DNA of 50,781 bases from a virus: IMG/VR virus record IMGVR_UViG_3300033075_000810; one strand, given 5' to 3'. Position 1 is the first letter of the stretch. Every line of letters starts with the position of its first letter. This document shows positions 8,861 through 16,787 of this stretch, piece after piece. Position numbers and translations under genes: made by a program. A model generated the notes under the pieces. That model was not told the DNA's origin and did no database searches. It worked only from the letters and a program-made list of their open reading frames with translations.

Positions 8861-9398
8861 CGACCGGCTCCCCCAGGATGATCTCGCAGATGTCGTCCTC
8901 CAGCTTGTCGTAGTCGGCCACCGTCATCCCCTGGATGGCCGCGTCGAGGGCCGGCTCCCTGACGAGCCGGTTGATGATCGCCTCGCACACGTCGGCTGGG
9001 TCGGCCTCGGAGCCGCAGACCTGCTCGTCGCCGCCGGCTTCCTCGTCGTCCTTGAGGAACCTCAGGACCATGTAGGCCGCTTGCTCGCTGGCGAACGATC
9101 CGTCCTCATGTCTGATCTCAAAGGGCGACTGGCACTCCACCGTCCAGCCGTGCCTCTCCAGCAGTGCCTCGTCCTTCATCGTCTCCTCCTTGGACCCTAA
9201 CTCAGGGTAGCTCTGGAGGAGCCAGAGTAGCTCTTTGGCGTTGACCTCGTCAAGCACAAGTTCGTGTGTGCTGCCCGCCTTGCAGCAGATGAAGGTTAGG
9301 TGGTAGTCGCTGCGGACCTGACCTGAGGCGTCGAGGTGGTGCTTGCGGTTCGACACGATGTTGAACCGGCAGAAGCGGGTGTCGGTCGTGGTGTTCAT
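8853..9398 (-). CDS. hypothetical acidic protein
   Basis: 181-aa ORF. ATGA-type overlaps at both ends. Confidence 0.45.
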   Translation of the reverse strand: MNTTTDTRFCRFNIVSNRKHHLDASGQVRSDYHLTFICCKAGSTHELVLDEVNAKELLWLLQSYPELGSKEETMKDEALLERHGWTVECQSPFEIRHEDGSFASEQAAYMVLRFLKDDEEAGGDEQVCGSEADPADVCEAIINRLVREPALDAAIQGMTVADYDKLEDDICEIILGEPVDE

Positions 9399-10078
9399 GA
9401 CGTAAGAGAGAATCGGTCGCCCGAGTTGTACTTCTTCACGTTGCCGTTCTTGTCGCAGTAGGTCGCCCCGCCTTTCAGCACAGTGACCTCGTCGTCCACC
9501 ATCAGGATGCCGCCGCCCTCATCGACCCCCAGGCCGCTCAGTCCGGGGTGTTTGTCGAGCAGCTTCTTCAGGCGGTCCAGCCGATCCCTGGCGTCAAAGT
9601 GCTGGTCCATGACGACATCGGTCATGCCGAAGCCCACCGACTCAGTATCCTCGTAGATCATTACGTCGCTCATGGCCGAGCAACCTGCGGACGTTCCGCC
9701 CATCAGCACCCCGCTCTCCGACATCCTCTTCAGCTTGCCTTTTAGAGGCCCTAGGGCGTCCACCAGCCGCTTCTGATCGCCCCCGCTGAACCAGACTCCA
9801 CTCGCGTCATCGAGGTCTTCCTCGCTGCTGTAGACGACCACGTTGGGCCTCCCCAGCCAGGGGGTCACCGCCTTTTCAGGCTCGCTGGAGGCCAGGGGAA
9901 TGATCACCACCTTGCCGCCGGCCATTCGGATGAACTCACCCCTGTAATGGTCGGGCATCTCGCCGCCGCCCCAGAGGTAGAATCGCTTCGGTGTCGCCGG
10001 CTTAGGCGGGCAACAAAGGGTCAGGCAGAGTGCGAAGATGCCGGCCAGCAAAACCAGTTTCATGATGTCAGTCCTCAT
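9395..10078 (-). CDS. peptidase S51-like (cyanophycinase/peptidase E family) lipoprotein
   Basis: Signal peptide with lipobox-like LTLCC. GGTSAG nucleophile motif. Confidence 0.5.
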   Translation of the reverse strand: MRTDIMKLVLLAGIFALCLTLCCPPKPATPKRFYLWGGGEMPDHYRGEFIRMAGGKVVIIPLASSEPEKAVTPWLGRPNVVVYSSEEDLDDASGVWFSGGDQKRLVDALGPLKGKLKRMSESGVLMGGTSAGCSAMSDVMIYEDTESVGFGMTDVVMDQHFDARDRLDRLKKLLDKHPGLSGLGVDEGGGILMVDDEVTVLKGGATYCDKNGNVKKYNSGDRFSLTS

Positions 10079-10114
10079 CAGGGGTAGGTACGCCCGTCAG
10101 AGTCTAACACGAAG

Positions 10115-10186
10115 TAGGCAAGGAGGGAATCGAACCCACACCCTTCGGCTTGTAAGACCGACGCTCCACCATTGAGCTACTCGCCC
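10115..10186 (-). tRNA. tRNA-Val(TAC)
   Basis: Anticodon stem UCGGU/GCCGA. Loop CUUACAA. A73. One U:U mismatch in the T-stem. Confidence 0.65.
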
Positions 10187-10422
10187 GCATCTTCCTCGTA
10201 GTGCAACTTCCTGTGGCAGTTGGCACACAAGATGTCGCACTTGGCGATCTCGTCCAAGATCCTTTGTCTGCTGAGTTTCTGCCTGACCATGTAGGAGACG
10301 ATCATCTCCTTGCCTTCCCTGTGATGGAAGTCGAGGCAGGCCGGGGTGTCACTCTCGATGACTAATCGCCCCTGAAGGAATCGAACCTTCGACTTCTGCG
10401 TGTGATGCAGGCGTGATGCCAT
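10177..10422 (-). CDS. HNH endonuclease, N-terminally truncated (possible decaying copy)
   Basis: LDFHHREGKE...CANCHRKLH, but no Zn-ribbon region and no ATG start; the upstream ORF runs into tRNA-Val(CAC). 3' end overlaps tRNA-Val(TAC) by 10 nt. Confidence 0.4.
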   Translation of the reverse strand: MASRLHHTQKSKVRFLQGRLVIESDTPACLDFHHREGKEMIVSYMVRQKLSRQRILDEIAKCDILCANCHRKLHYEEDAGE

Positions 10423-10436
10423 TTCACCAAGGGGCG
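10366..10436 (-). tRNA. tRNA-Val(CAC)
   Basis: C1:G72 acceptor CGCCCCU/AGGGGCG. Anticodon loop AUCACAC. T-loop TTCGATT. Confidence 0.65.
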
Positions 10437-10442
10437 GGGGAG

Positions 10443-10513
10443 TCGTCCGTGAAGGAATCGAACCTTCAATACCAGCGTGTCATGCTGGCGTGATACCATT
10501 TCACCAACGGACG
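10443..10513 (-). tRNA. tRNA-Val(GAC)
   Basis: Paralog of the previous gene. Perfect anticodon stem CCAGC/GCUGG. Loop AUGACAC. Confidence 0.7.
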
Positions 10514-10609
10514 GTGGCTGCCAGGGGGGTGGTTGCACATCCCCATTTGCCTTGTACTTTGGCCGACTTTCTTCGTCCCCTTACGGGTCCGCTTAGTCCA
10601 CCTGGCTAG

Positions 10610-10683
10610 TCAGAGAGACAGGAGTCGAACCTGCGATCTCTAGGTTCCCGACCTAGCGGCCACTCCACCTGGCCCACTCCCTG
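10610..10683 (-). tRNA. tRNA-Pro(GGG)-like, C33 in anticodon loop
   Basis: C1:G72 plus A73 (Pro identity). Anticodon arm CUAGG-UCGGGAA-CCUAG. T-arm GCAGG-TTCGACT-CCTGT. Confidence 0.55.
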
Positions 10684-10885
10684 AATAGATACCCCTCATG
10701 GAAGAGGTCAAACAGCACTGGGACGCCCGCTTGCAGATGGCGTCCGTCCTCCGCTACTACGATGAGGAGCGGCTGTTTGCCACGCTCCACTACTCCTCGC
10801 CCTCGGGTGAGGAGTTGCTCTTCATCGCCTTCAAGTTCATCGACGGCTGGGAGCCGGTGAAGGCCACCGCGTCGATCTCGCTGAG

Positions 10886-10959
10886 TCGGGCTGAGAGGAT
10901 TTGAACCTCCGATCTCTAGTCCCCAGACTAGCGGCCACTCCAAACTGGCCCACAGCCCG
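10886..10959 (-). tRNA. tRNA-Pro(GGG)-like with 8-nt anticodon loop
   Basis: C1:G72, A73. T-arm GGAGG-TTCAAAT-CCTCT. Anticodon arm CUAG-UCUGGGGA-CUAG, one nt short of a 5-bp stem, so the loop is 8 nt. Confidence 0.5.
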
Positions 10960-10988
10960 ATGTCGCCCCGCCAAGGCGGGGGCTTGCT

Positions 10989-11432
10989 TCACTTCTTGAT
11001 AGCGACCATGCACACCACGCAGCCGCTCTCCTTGTCATCCAGTTCCATCGAGTGGACCTTGGTGTGGTCGAACTCGTAGACGATGCCGACGCCGACCTCC
11101 GTCCAGCACTCCTCGGCGGTGATGATCGCCCTGCCCGTCTTGGGGAGGATCAGAGGGATCACGAAGGTCGTGTCCTCAAACTTGGCCGGGAGCTTGTCGG
11201 TGTGAGGCTCGGCTCCCTGACAGGCCGAGAAGTAGACGTAATTGAGTTTGCTCCTGGGCTGGCCGATGACCGCCGCCAGTTGCTCCATCAACTCCTCGCC
11301 GCCCCCCTCCTTCTCCAGCTTACGGATCTGGAACTTCTCGGGGGTGTTCACCTTGTAGTTCTCGTACTTCACCTTGTCGGCGTTGTCGAGGACCGACTGA
11401 GGAATCATCACCACGCCGCGTGTCTTGATCAT
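10989..11432 (-). CDS. hypothetical protein (possible 2OG-Fe oxygenase-like HxD...H)
   Basis: ATG at 11432 with strong AAGGAGG SD. Listed ORF start 11480 is a TTG. Confidence 0.45.
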   Translation of the reverse strand: MIKTRGVVMIPQSVLDNADKVKYENYKVNTPEKFQIRKLEKEGGGEELMEQLAAVIGQPRSKLNYVYFSACQGAEPHTDKLPAKFEDTTFVIPLILPKTGRAIITAEECWTEVGVGIVYEFDHTKVHSMELDDKESGCVVCMVAIKK

Positions 11433-11476
11433 TTTGGGTTCCCTCCTTGCCGGGCGAAGCACGGATGGTAAGGCGG

Positions 11477-11932
11477 TCAACCCGCTTTGTCAACAGTGAG
11501 CCTGAACATCATGTTCTCGTCTACGACCGCTCGCCCGGCGTGGAGTTTCCTGTGGCAGTTGGCACACAGGATGACACACTTCTCCATCTCCTTCACCACG
11601 CGGGACCACTTCCACCCGCAGCGTATCCCATCGGCTATCTGCTTGTCCTTGTCTTGCACATGATGAAAATCAAGGCAAGCAGGGTCGGCCTCAGGGCACA
11701 AAGAGCATTTGGACCTGCTTTTGATCTCTTGGTAGAGCCGGGAATTGGCCTCCACGGTCGCCAGCTTCCTTGAAATGGCCGAGGCGATATGCTCTTGGCG
11801 GTTTTCTTGGTAGTACTGCCTCATGCGTTCTTTGTTGCAAACCTTACAGTAAGACTGCAACCCTGAACCGCTCTTGTTGAACTCCGATTTAGGCTTGTCT
11901 AGCCGACAACAACTGCATCTCTTGGTGTCCAT
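11477..11932 (-). CDS. HNH endonuclease (paralog 7)
   Basis: CSCCRLDKPKSEF...CKVCN. CLDFHHVQDKDK...CANCHRKLH. Confidence 0.8.
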   Translation of the reverse strand: MDTKRCSCCRLDKPKSEFNKSGSGLQSYCKVCNKERMRQYYQENRQEHIASAISRKLATVEANSRLYQEIKSRSKCSLCPEADPACLDFHHVQDKDKQIADGIRCGWKWSRVVKEMEKCVILCANCHRKLHAGRAVVDENMMFRLTVDKAG

Positions 11933-11970
11933 GACCTAAGAGAGTGTCAATCTGGAGGTTCGTTTCAAAA

Positions 11971-12038
11971 TTGCGGGCCAGAGGATCGAACTCTGTGCGG
12001 CTTGCTTCAAAGGCATGCCTGTGTCCAACACTCCCGCA
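11971..12038 (-). tRNA. atypical tRNA-like (TTG anticodon loop, 68 nt, truncated D-arm)
   Basis: U1:A72 acceptor with one mismatch. Anticodon arm CAUGC-CUUUGAA-GCAAG. T-arm CAGAG-TTCGATC-CTCTG. The D-region is only 14 nt. Confidence 0.4.
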
Positions 12039-12065
12039 GTCAGTCCCCTGCCGAGGGCCAGGCCG

Positions 12066-12308
12066 TCACTTCGTCTTGTGGGGAGGCATCTGATACTCGA
12101 TGCAGCAGGAGGTTTCCCAGCTACCGCACGAACACAGGTAGACCTTGGCGATCACCCGCCTTTTGCAGGTTGGGCACCTCACCCTCAGCCTCTTGTACTT
12201 GGGGCCGGGCTTCACGTCGAGCTTGCCGGCGTGGCCTGTGGGGTTGGTACACCATTCACCCTTGGGCTGGGCCTGCTTCCTGCTCTCCCTGCGTTGAGGG
12301 TTCCTCAT
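12066..12308 (-). CDS. small basic Zn-ribbon protein
   Basis: CPTCKRR...CSCGSWETSCC. Confidence 0.35.
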   Translation of the reverse strand: MRNPQRRESRKQAQPKGEWCTNPTGHAGKLDVKPGPKYKRLRVRCPTCKRRVIAKVYLCSCGSWETSCCIEYQMPPHKTK

Positions 12309-12618
12309 CTTCCACCTCCACCTCGCTCAGATCCCATCGACAGGACCGGCAGCGGCCCTCGTCATCGTACAGCAGGCCGTCCGGCCCGACGTAGCAGTCC
12401 TCATGGAGGCCGCTTGAGCAACCCCAGTTCAACTTGCCGTCAGTCGGGTGGGCCTTGTAGCACAGGTGGCTTGCTTTGACGGCTACCCAGCCGCTATCGC
12501 TCACCTGGCCGTGCATCCTGAGGACCATCTCGCTCGCCACGAAGCCCCTGGCGTGAGCCGCCTCAAGCTCGGCAACCACCTTCCTGGCCTCTTCCAGATT
12601 GATCGTCAAGTGGTTCAC
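12256..12618 (-). CDS. hypothetical protein
   Basis: 120-aa ORF. Overlaps the previous ORF by 53 nt in another frame. Confidence 0.4.
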   Translation of the reverse strand: MNHLTINLEEARKVVAELEAAHARGFVASEMVLRMHGQVSDSGWVAVKASHLCYKAHPTDGKLNWGCSSGLHEDCYVGPDGLLYDDEGRCRSCRWDLSEVEVEDEEPSTQGEQEAGPAQG

Positions 12619-12678
12619 GGTGTCCTCCTACCCCAGGCCCTTGCGGGCACTGGGCGGCTTCATGAAATCGCTTCCTTG

Positions 12679-13107
12679 CTAAGGGAGTCGGGCGAGGGTT
12701 AGTTTGCCAGCATGCACTTTCCGGTGGCAGTTACTGCACAAAACGCAGCACTTGGTAATCTCCTTGGCGATCCTGTCGGCAGATAGTTGTCGCCGGACGC
12801 CGTCCGCTACATTGAAGTCCTTGCCTCCATCTAGGTGATGGAAATCAAGACAGCAAACCTCCGATTCTCCGCAAACCTGACAGCCTTTGCTTTTGGCACT
12901 TTTCAAAATCGATGACAGGTATCGCCTCGTCCTTTTGGCGTTCTCCCTCACCTTCTGTCTGCGTCCATTCTTTGGCTCCCGATAGTACTCTCGGTCGCGT
13001 GCCCTGGTACACTCACGGCAATATGCCTGAGTGCCCCTGCGGCTATCCTTGTTCCACTCTGAGAGTGGTTTGTCGAGGTTGCATCGTCGGCAGTGTTTAG
13101 TCTCCAT
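12679..13107 (-). CDS. HNH endonuclease (paralog 8)
   Basis: ATG at 13107 (METKHCRRCNLDKPL); the listed start 13155 is TTG inside a tRNA. CLDFHHLDGGKDF...CSNCHRKVH. Confidence 0.75.
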   Translation of the reverse strand: METKHCRRCNLDKPLSEWNKDSRRGTQAYCRECTRARDREYYREPKNGRRQKVRENAKRTRRYLSSILKSAKSKGCQVCGESEVCCLDFHHLDGGKDFNVADGVRRQLSADRIAKEITKCCVLCSNCHRKVHAGKLTLARLP

Positions 13108-13147
13108 GCCATAGGAGAGTGAGATGCTTCGGAAAATCCGAAGCAAG

Positions 13148-13220
13148 TCGGGCAACCCGGAGTCGCACCGGGAACCCCCCGCTTCCGACGCGGGAATGCT
13201 TCTATCCGCACCCTTGCCCG
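13148..13220 (-). tRNA. tRNA-Pro(CGG)
   Basis: C1:G72 CGGGCAA/UUGCCCG, A73. Perfect anticodon stem. Loop GUCGGAA. Unusual T-loop TGCGACT (G at position 55). Confidence 0.65.
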
Positions 13221-13283
13221 TTGCTTCGGTTTTCGGGATTAAGGATCGCTCCTAGTCCCAGGATCACCGTCACCAACCTTAGG

Positions 13284-13358
13284 TCAGAGAGACAGGGGTC
13301 GAACCTGCATGATAGCCTGCCTCCAAAGCAGGTGGCTTGCCAATTAGCCCACTCTCTG
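13284..13358 (-). tRNA. tRNA-Pro(TGG)
   Basis: C1:G72 CAGAGAG/CUCUCUG, A73. Anticodon arm CCUGC-UUUGGAG-GCAGG. 7-nt variable loop. Confidence 0.65.
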
Positions 13359-13435
13359 ATTTGACTGGAGACATAGACGAACAGAGATAGTTTCGCCGCG
13401 TGCTACTGTTACACTACCCCTTGAGAGCTTGGGCT

Positions 13436-13515
13436 TGGTCAAGGGGGCAGGAGTCGCACCTGCACTTCGTCCTCCGAATGGAATGAAGTAGCCCTGTCCT
13501 GCACCTTCCAGTCAG
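13436..13515 (-). other. orphan tRNA 3'-fragment: T-arm (GCAGG-TGCGACT-CCTGC) + CCCCTTG + ACCA, no pairing 5' acceptor
   Basis: 80 nt abutting the 3' end of tRNA-Asp. Internal hairpins, but no complement to the 3' acceptor strand exists within reach. Confidence 0.4.
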
Positions 13516-13588
13516 CGGCCTAAACGGGGGTCGAACCCGCACACTTCCGGTTGACAACCGGCTGCTGTCCCAACTCAGCTTCTAGGCC
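13516..13588 (-). tRNA. tRNA-Asp(GTC)
   Basis: GGCCUAG/UUAGGCC acceptor, G73. Loop UUGUCAA. T-arm GCGGG-TTCGACC-CCCGT. Confidence 0.7.
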
Positions 13589-13672
13589 GTGTTTTTGGCT
13601 AAGTCTTTGGTCGGCATGTCGGCACCCCCACAATCGTAAGGGGCCTGTCACCAAGCGACCACTGGTGACAAG

Positions 13673-13745
13673 CGGACTTGACGGGAGTCGAACCCGCTCC
13701 CCAACCTCGACAGGGTTGTGTGCTATGCCGGTACACTACAAGTCC
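13673..13745 (-). tRNA. tRNA-Asp(GTC) (second copy)
   Basis: GGACUUG/CAAGUCC, G73. Perfect anticodon stem CAACC/GGUUG. Loop CUGUCGA. Confidence 0.7.
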
Positions 13746-13858
13746 ATTTCCTTCCTGATGCGGGAGCGACCCGTTTCTCCTTCGTGTGCAGGAAGGTCAC
13801 ACTATCCTCAACCCCACCCAAAGGCACGCAGGCCCTTGGGCATTGAAGAGGCTGGTAG

Positions 13859-13930
13859 CTGCCTCGGGAGGGGTCGAACCTCCATAGCCGACTTAACAGG
13901 TCGGTGTCCTACCAGTTGAACGACAAGGCA
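13859..13930 (-). tRNA. tRNA-Asn(GTT) (second copy, U1:A72 G73)
   Basis: UGCCUUG/CGAGGCA acceptor. Perfect anticodon stem CCGAC/GUCGG. Loop CUGUUAA. Confidence 0.75.
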
Positions 13931-13951
13931 GTGAGTTGTTGCTTAGGTGAG

Positions 13952-14024
13952 TAGCCCCGTAGGGTAACGATCCCTCTTGACCGGATTAAAAGTCCGGGCC
14001 TCATCCACTAAAGGTGTCGGAGCC
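13952..14024 (-). tRNA. tRNA-Lys(TTT)-like with degenerate T-loop
   Basis: Anticodon arm CCGGA-CUUUUAA-UCCGG. Acceptor GGCUCCG/CGGGGCU (two G:U pairs). T-loop ATCGTTA is non-canonical. Confidence 0.35.
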
Positions 14025-14090
14025 ATTGATGATGGACTCCGTGCGTTTATGCGTCATCTTGAACTCCTTCCTTTGTTGGTGACCTAAGAG

Positions 14091-14161
14091 AGCCGGTGGG
14101 GGGAATCGGACCCCCATTTCCTGTTTACGAGGCAGGCGTCTTACCACTAGACGACACCGGC
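14091..14161 (-). tRNA. tRNA-Thr(CGT)
   Basis: Perfect acceptor GCCGGUG/CACCGGC. Loop CUCGUAA with a C31:A39 mismatch. T-loop TCCGATT. Confidence 0.6.
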
Positions 14162-14443
14162 TAACATCAGTGCCTTGTAGTATCCCCGCTCTTTCGCGGT
14201 CTTGATCCTATGGCACTTCACGCATCTAACGTCGCACTTGGCGATCTCAGCCTTGATCGACTCCAGGCTGTGGCACCTCATCGCGGCCACGTCGTGGATC
14301 TTCCCGTCGCGGTGATCGAAGTCTAGGACAATCGGGTTGTCCTCTCCGCACTCCACACAGGGGTGTGCCTTCAGGTATTCATGATGGCTGCTCGCCTTTT
14401 GGGACTGGAGGCGTAGTGCCTCTTGTCCTTTTCCCTGCCACAC
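14147..14443 (-). CDS. HNH endonuclease-like (paralog 9, start uncertain)
   Basis: [19 protein letters not shown]...CVKCHRIK. Listed ORF 14147..14722 runs through two tRNAs, so it is trimmed to the GTG at 14443. 3' end overlaps tRNA-Thr by 15 nt. Confidence 0.5.
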   Translation of the reverse strand: MWQGKGQEALRLQSQKASSHHEYLKAHPCVECGEDNPIVLDFDHRDGKIHDVAAMRCHSLESIKAEIAKCDVRCVKCHRIKTAKERGYYKALMLAGVV

Positions 14444-14514
14444 ACCTTGCAGTAGTCTTGCTTGCCGTCTGGCTTCATGCCCTATCAGAGTCGTAATCGC
14501 CAGAAAAGTACGAG

Positions 14515-14588
14515 TCGGGGTGGTGGGAATCGAACCCACTCGATGTCCTGGCCCCAAACCAGGCGGCTTGCCTTTAGCCCACACCCCG
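14515..14588 (-). tRNA. tRNA-Pro(TGG) (second copy)
   Basis: C1:G72 CGGGGUG/CACCCCG, A73. Anticodon arm CCUGG-UUUGGGG-CCAGG. 7-nt variable loop. Confidence 0.7.
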
Positions 14589-14662
14589 TCGCCTGTGGGG
14601 ACCGGAGTCCCCTTCGGGCTTTCGCCCAGGCCGCATTGACCTGCCTTTTCCCCTAAGGGAAG

Positions 14663-14737
14663 GGTGGACGAAGGGAATTGAACCCTCACCTTCTCGCTCA
14701 CAACGAGTCGTGCAGAAACCACTACACCACGTCCACC
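14663..14737 (-). tRNA. tRNA-His(GTG) with encoded G-1
   Basis: Extra 5' G pairing with discriminator C73. Loop UUGUGAG. T-loop TTCAATT. Confidence 0.75.
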
Positions 14738-14930
14738 ATAACTCGACCGACTAGCGGATTCCCCGTTTTCAGGTCACGCCGGTCAGATGACCACTCAGTT
14801 TCTGGATATCTAAGCTACAGTCTGCTCCACCCAGGTCTTCGTTTCAGAGATCGGTCGGAATCCGCCAACCCTCCACTACTCGTCCTGCCCTACCGAGGAT
14901 TACAACAAGGCTTGGGCCGGCTTTCGTGAG

Positions 14931-15003
14931 TACCCCGAGAAGGAATCGAACCTTCACCTCTGCCTTATCAGAGCGGCGTGCAGAGCCACTACACCATCGG
15001 GGT
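14931..15003 (-). tRNA. tRNA-Ile(GAT)
   Basis: A1:U72 and A73 as in bacterial tRNA-Ile. Loop CUGAUAA. One C:A mismatch in the anticodon stem. Confidence 0.65.
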
Positions 15004-15053
15004 ATGATGCCTGGGTACGATTCCAGGCAGCCCGGCTTTTGATCACCAGGCAG

Positions 15054-15124
15054 TGGAGCCTAGGGGAATCGAACCCCTATTTCAAGCATGCCATGCTTGC
15101 GTCTTCCCGTTAGACGAAGGCCCC
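15054..15124 (-). tRNA. tRNA-Ala(GGC)
   Basis: GGGGCCU/AGGCUCC with G3:U70, A73. Perfect anticodon stem. Loop AUGGCAU. Confidence 0.8.
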
Positions 15125-15195
15125 GGTCAGTCCCCTAATCCCTCCCGCCCTAGTATACGTCAGGCGGTCAGACGATTCGTGCCCTTACACCACAG

Positions 15196-15290
15196 TTGCG
15201 AACTGACCGGGAGTCGAACCCGGAACCTCACCGTGGGACGGGGACTGGTAATCTAAACTGCTCTGATGAGACAGAGCAAGGTCTGCAATC
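15196..15290 (-). other. tRNA-like fragment (T-arm CCGGG-TTCGACT-CCCGG plus hairpins, no complete cloverleaf)
   Basis: Canonical T-arm with GCUCUG-UCUCAUC-AGAGC hairpin upstream. No 5' acceptor strand found. Overlapped by the 3' end of HNH paralog 10. Confidence 0.3.
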
Positions 15291-15719
15291 CTCAACATTT
15301 CTCAAACCTCTCTCGACCAATCTGTGACACCTGGCACAGAGGACGATGCACTTGTTGACCTCCTGGGCCACTCTGTCTGACGAGTCGAAATAGACCGCTT
15401 GAGCTAAGTTGAATCCCTTCAAGTCTTTGTCCAAGTGGTGAAAGTCGAACTCACATGGGTGCCCTGGCCTCTTGCAGATTTGGCAGCCGTATTCGACCTT
15501 GATCTCGTCTAACCTCAAGGCTATTTGCTCACGCCTTTGGCGACGACGATCATTGGATTTCGCGGCAGCCGCTTTGGGATTCTTGCGATAATGGCGGCGA
15601 GAGCATTCCTTACTGCATGGCCGACAGATAGTGTTCAAGCCATCTGCTTTGGCTTTATTCTTGTTGAAATCGCTCAGTGGCTTGTCCTGTTTACAGGATG
15701 TGCATCTCTTGGCGTCCAT
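15228..15719 (-). CDS. HNH endonuclease (paralog 10)
   Basis: CTSCKQDKPLSDF...CRPC. CEFDFHHLDKDLKGF...CARCHRLVE. Confidence 0.8.
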   Translation of the reverse strand: MDAKRCTSCKQDKPLSDFNKNKAKADGLNTICRPCSKECSRRHYRKNPKAAAAKSNDRRRQRREQIALRLDEIKVEYGCQICKRPGHPCEFDFHHLDKDLKGFNLAQAVYFDSSDRVAQEVNKCIVLCARCHRLVERGLRNVEDCRPCSVSSEQFRLPVPVPR

Positions 15720-15760
15720 GAACTAAGAGAGTATTCGCACCACGATTTTAGACAAGAAAG

Positions 15761-15831
15761 TGGAGCCTATGAGAATTGAACTCATGTCTTCAGCATGCGA
15801 AGCTGATGTTCTCCCGCTGAACTAAGGCCCC
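15761..15831 (-). tRNA. tRNA-Ala(CGC)
   Basis: GGGGCCU/AGGCUCC with G3:U70, A73. Loop UUCGCAU. T-arm AUGAG-TTCAATT-CUCAU. Confidence 0.75.
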
Positions 15832-15832
15832 G

Positions 15833-16462
15833 TTATCTGTATCTCTCTCCTCTAGGGGTGATCTCCTTGTCGTCTCCCCTCATGATTTTGGCGATCCTTT
15901 GCCCGCCATCCTGCCACGTCGGCTTGCCGAGCGGCTGGCCGCTACTCTTCAGGTACTTGACCAGATCCTTCCTCACGAACACCTGGCCGAAACCGTAGAC
16001 CTTGCCGAGGTCCGCGTAACCGGGCAGGCCGACCTTCTTTGCCAACTTCTCGTACAGGCGGCTCAGGTCGCCGTCCATGCCGTTCCACCCGAGGGCCTCG
16101 GGCTTCTCCGTCTTCAGGAACGTCTTGACGATGCTGGCGATCTTCTTGAGTAGGGGGATCACTCTGTTCTTGCCGGTCCTCTTGTACTTGGCGTCGTCAT
16201 CCCCCCAGAGGTCTTCCTCAGGCTCCAAAAGTCTGGTCTGGGACGGGTAGAAGGTGACCGTCCAGTAAGGCAGCGACTTGCCGTTGATCGTGTAGGTCTG
16301 GCCCAGTGACATCTTGTCGAACTGAACCGCATACCAAGTGCCGTCGTCGTCCTTGAAGGACGCCACGTCGCTGACACCTTTCCTGCCCCAGAATGTGCCC
16401 GCCGGGGGCTGGGATGAGATGTCGTCAAACACCTCGTTCATGTAGTCCTTGAAGCCTTCCAT
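15833..16462 (-). CDS. hypothetical protein (N-term MEGFKDYMNE motif)
   Basis: ORF 15833..16579 trimmed to ATG 16462, because tRNA-Glu lies upstream. Confidence 0.5.
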   Translation of the reverse strand: MEGFKDYMNEVFDDISSQPPAGTFWGRKGVSDVASFKDDDGTWYAVQFDKMSLGQTYTINGKSLPYWTVTFYPSQTRLLEPEEDLWGDDDAKYKRTGKNRVIPLLKKIASIVKTFLKTEKPEALGWNGMDGDLSRLYEKLAKKVGLPGYADLGKVYGFGQVFVRKDLVKYLKSSGQPLGKPTWQDGGQRIAKIMRGDDKEITPRGERYR

Positions 16463-16489
16463 GCGGTATCTAGGCAACGCACCTAGAAA

Positions 16490-16560
16490 TGACCCGTAAG
16501 GGAATCGAACCCTCCTTTGCTGGTTGAGAACCAGCCGACCTCCCAGAAGTCGAACGGGCC
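16490..16560 (-). tRNA. tRNA-Glu(CTC)
   Basis: GGCCCGU/ACGGGUC. Perfect anticodon stem GCUGG/CCAGC. Loop UUCUCAA. Confidence 0.7.
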
Positions 16561-16650
16561 GAGACAGGTGGGGCGGCATGGGCGTGTCGCCCCACCTGAA
16601 TTGCCGTGTTGCCGGATTGTCAAAGAACTAGAGGCACTTTCAAGCCTCAG

Positions 16651-16709
16651 CGGAGCCGGCGGGAGTCGAACCCACCCAGGGTGCATGCTTGCCCTGACCA
16701 CTAGACTCC
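16651..16709 (-). other. 59-nt mini tRNA-like element (acceptor + one hairpin + T-arm GTGGG-TTCGACT-CCCGC)
   Basis: Too short for a cloverleaf. Acceptor GGAGUCU/CGGCUCC pairs at 6 of 7 positions. Single internal hairpin CAGGG-10nt-CCCUG. Confidence 0.3.
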
Positions 16710-16740
16710 AGATGTCACCAACACTCACCAGCCAGGAAAC

Positions 16741-16787
16741 AGAAAAAGCTCGCCTCAGGCTTGGGTGCCTGAGGCGAGCTTTGTGTA
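16741..16787 (-). terminator. bidirectional intrinsic terminator (15-bp perfect stem, A-run before, T-run after)
   Basis: AAGCTCGCCTCAGGC-ttgggt-GCCTGAGGCGAGCTT. On the minus strand it is followed by TTTTTCTGTTT. Confidence 0.5.

Noticed and set aside
10698-10904. 68-aa plus-strand ORF between the two Pro(GGG)-like genes
   Set aside because: Opposite strand to everything nearby, overlaps a tRNA-like 3' end, no SD. Kept only as a remote possibility.
13436-13838. tmRNA interpretation of the T-arm+ACCA element
   Set aside because: A matching 5' strand could only be ~400 nt upstream, and two complete tRNA-Asp genes lie in between, so a single tmRNA is not plausible.
14444-14722. Upstream two-thirds of listed ORF 14147..14722
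   Set aside because: Runs through tRNA-Pro and tRNA-His. Only the HNH-like C-terminal part is kept.
14738-14930. Possible additional tRNA in the 193-nt gap between tRNA-His and tRNA-Ile
   Set aside because: Only weak T-arm-like strings (GGTCGGAATCCGCC). No acceptor or anticodon stems could be paired.
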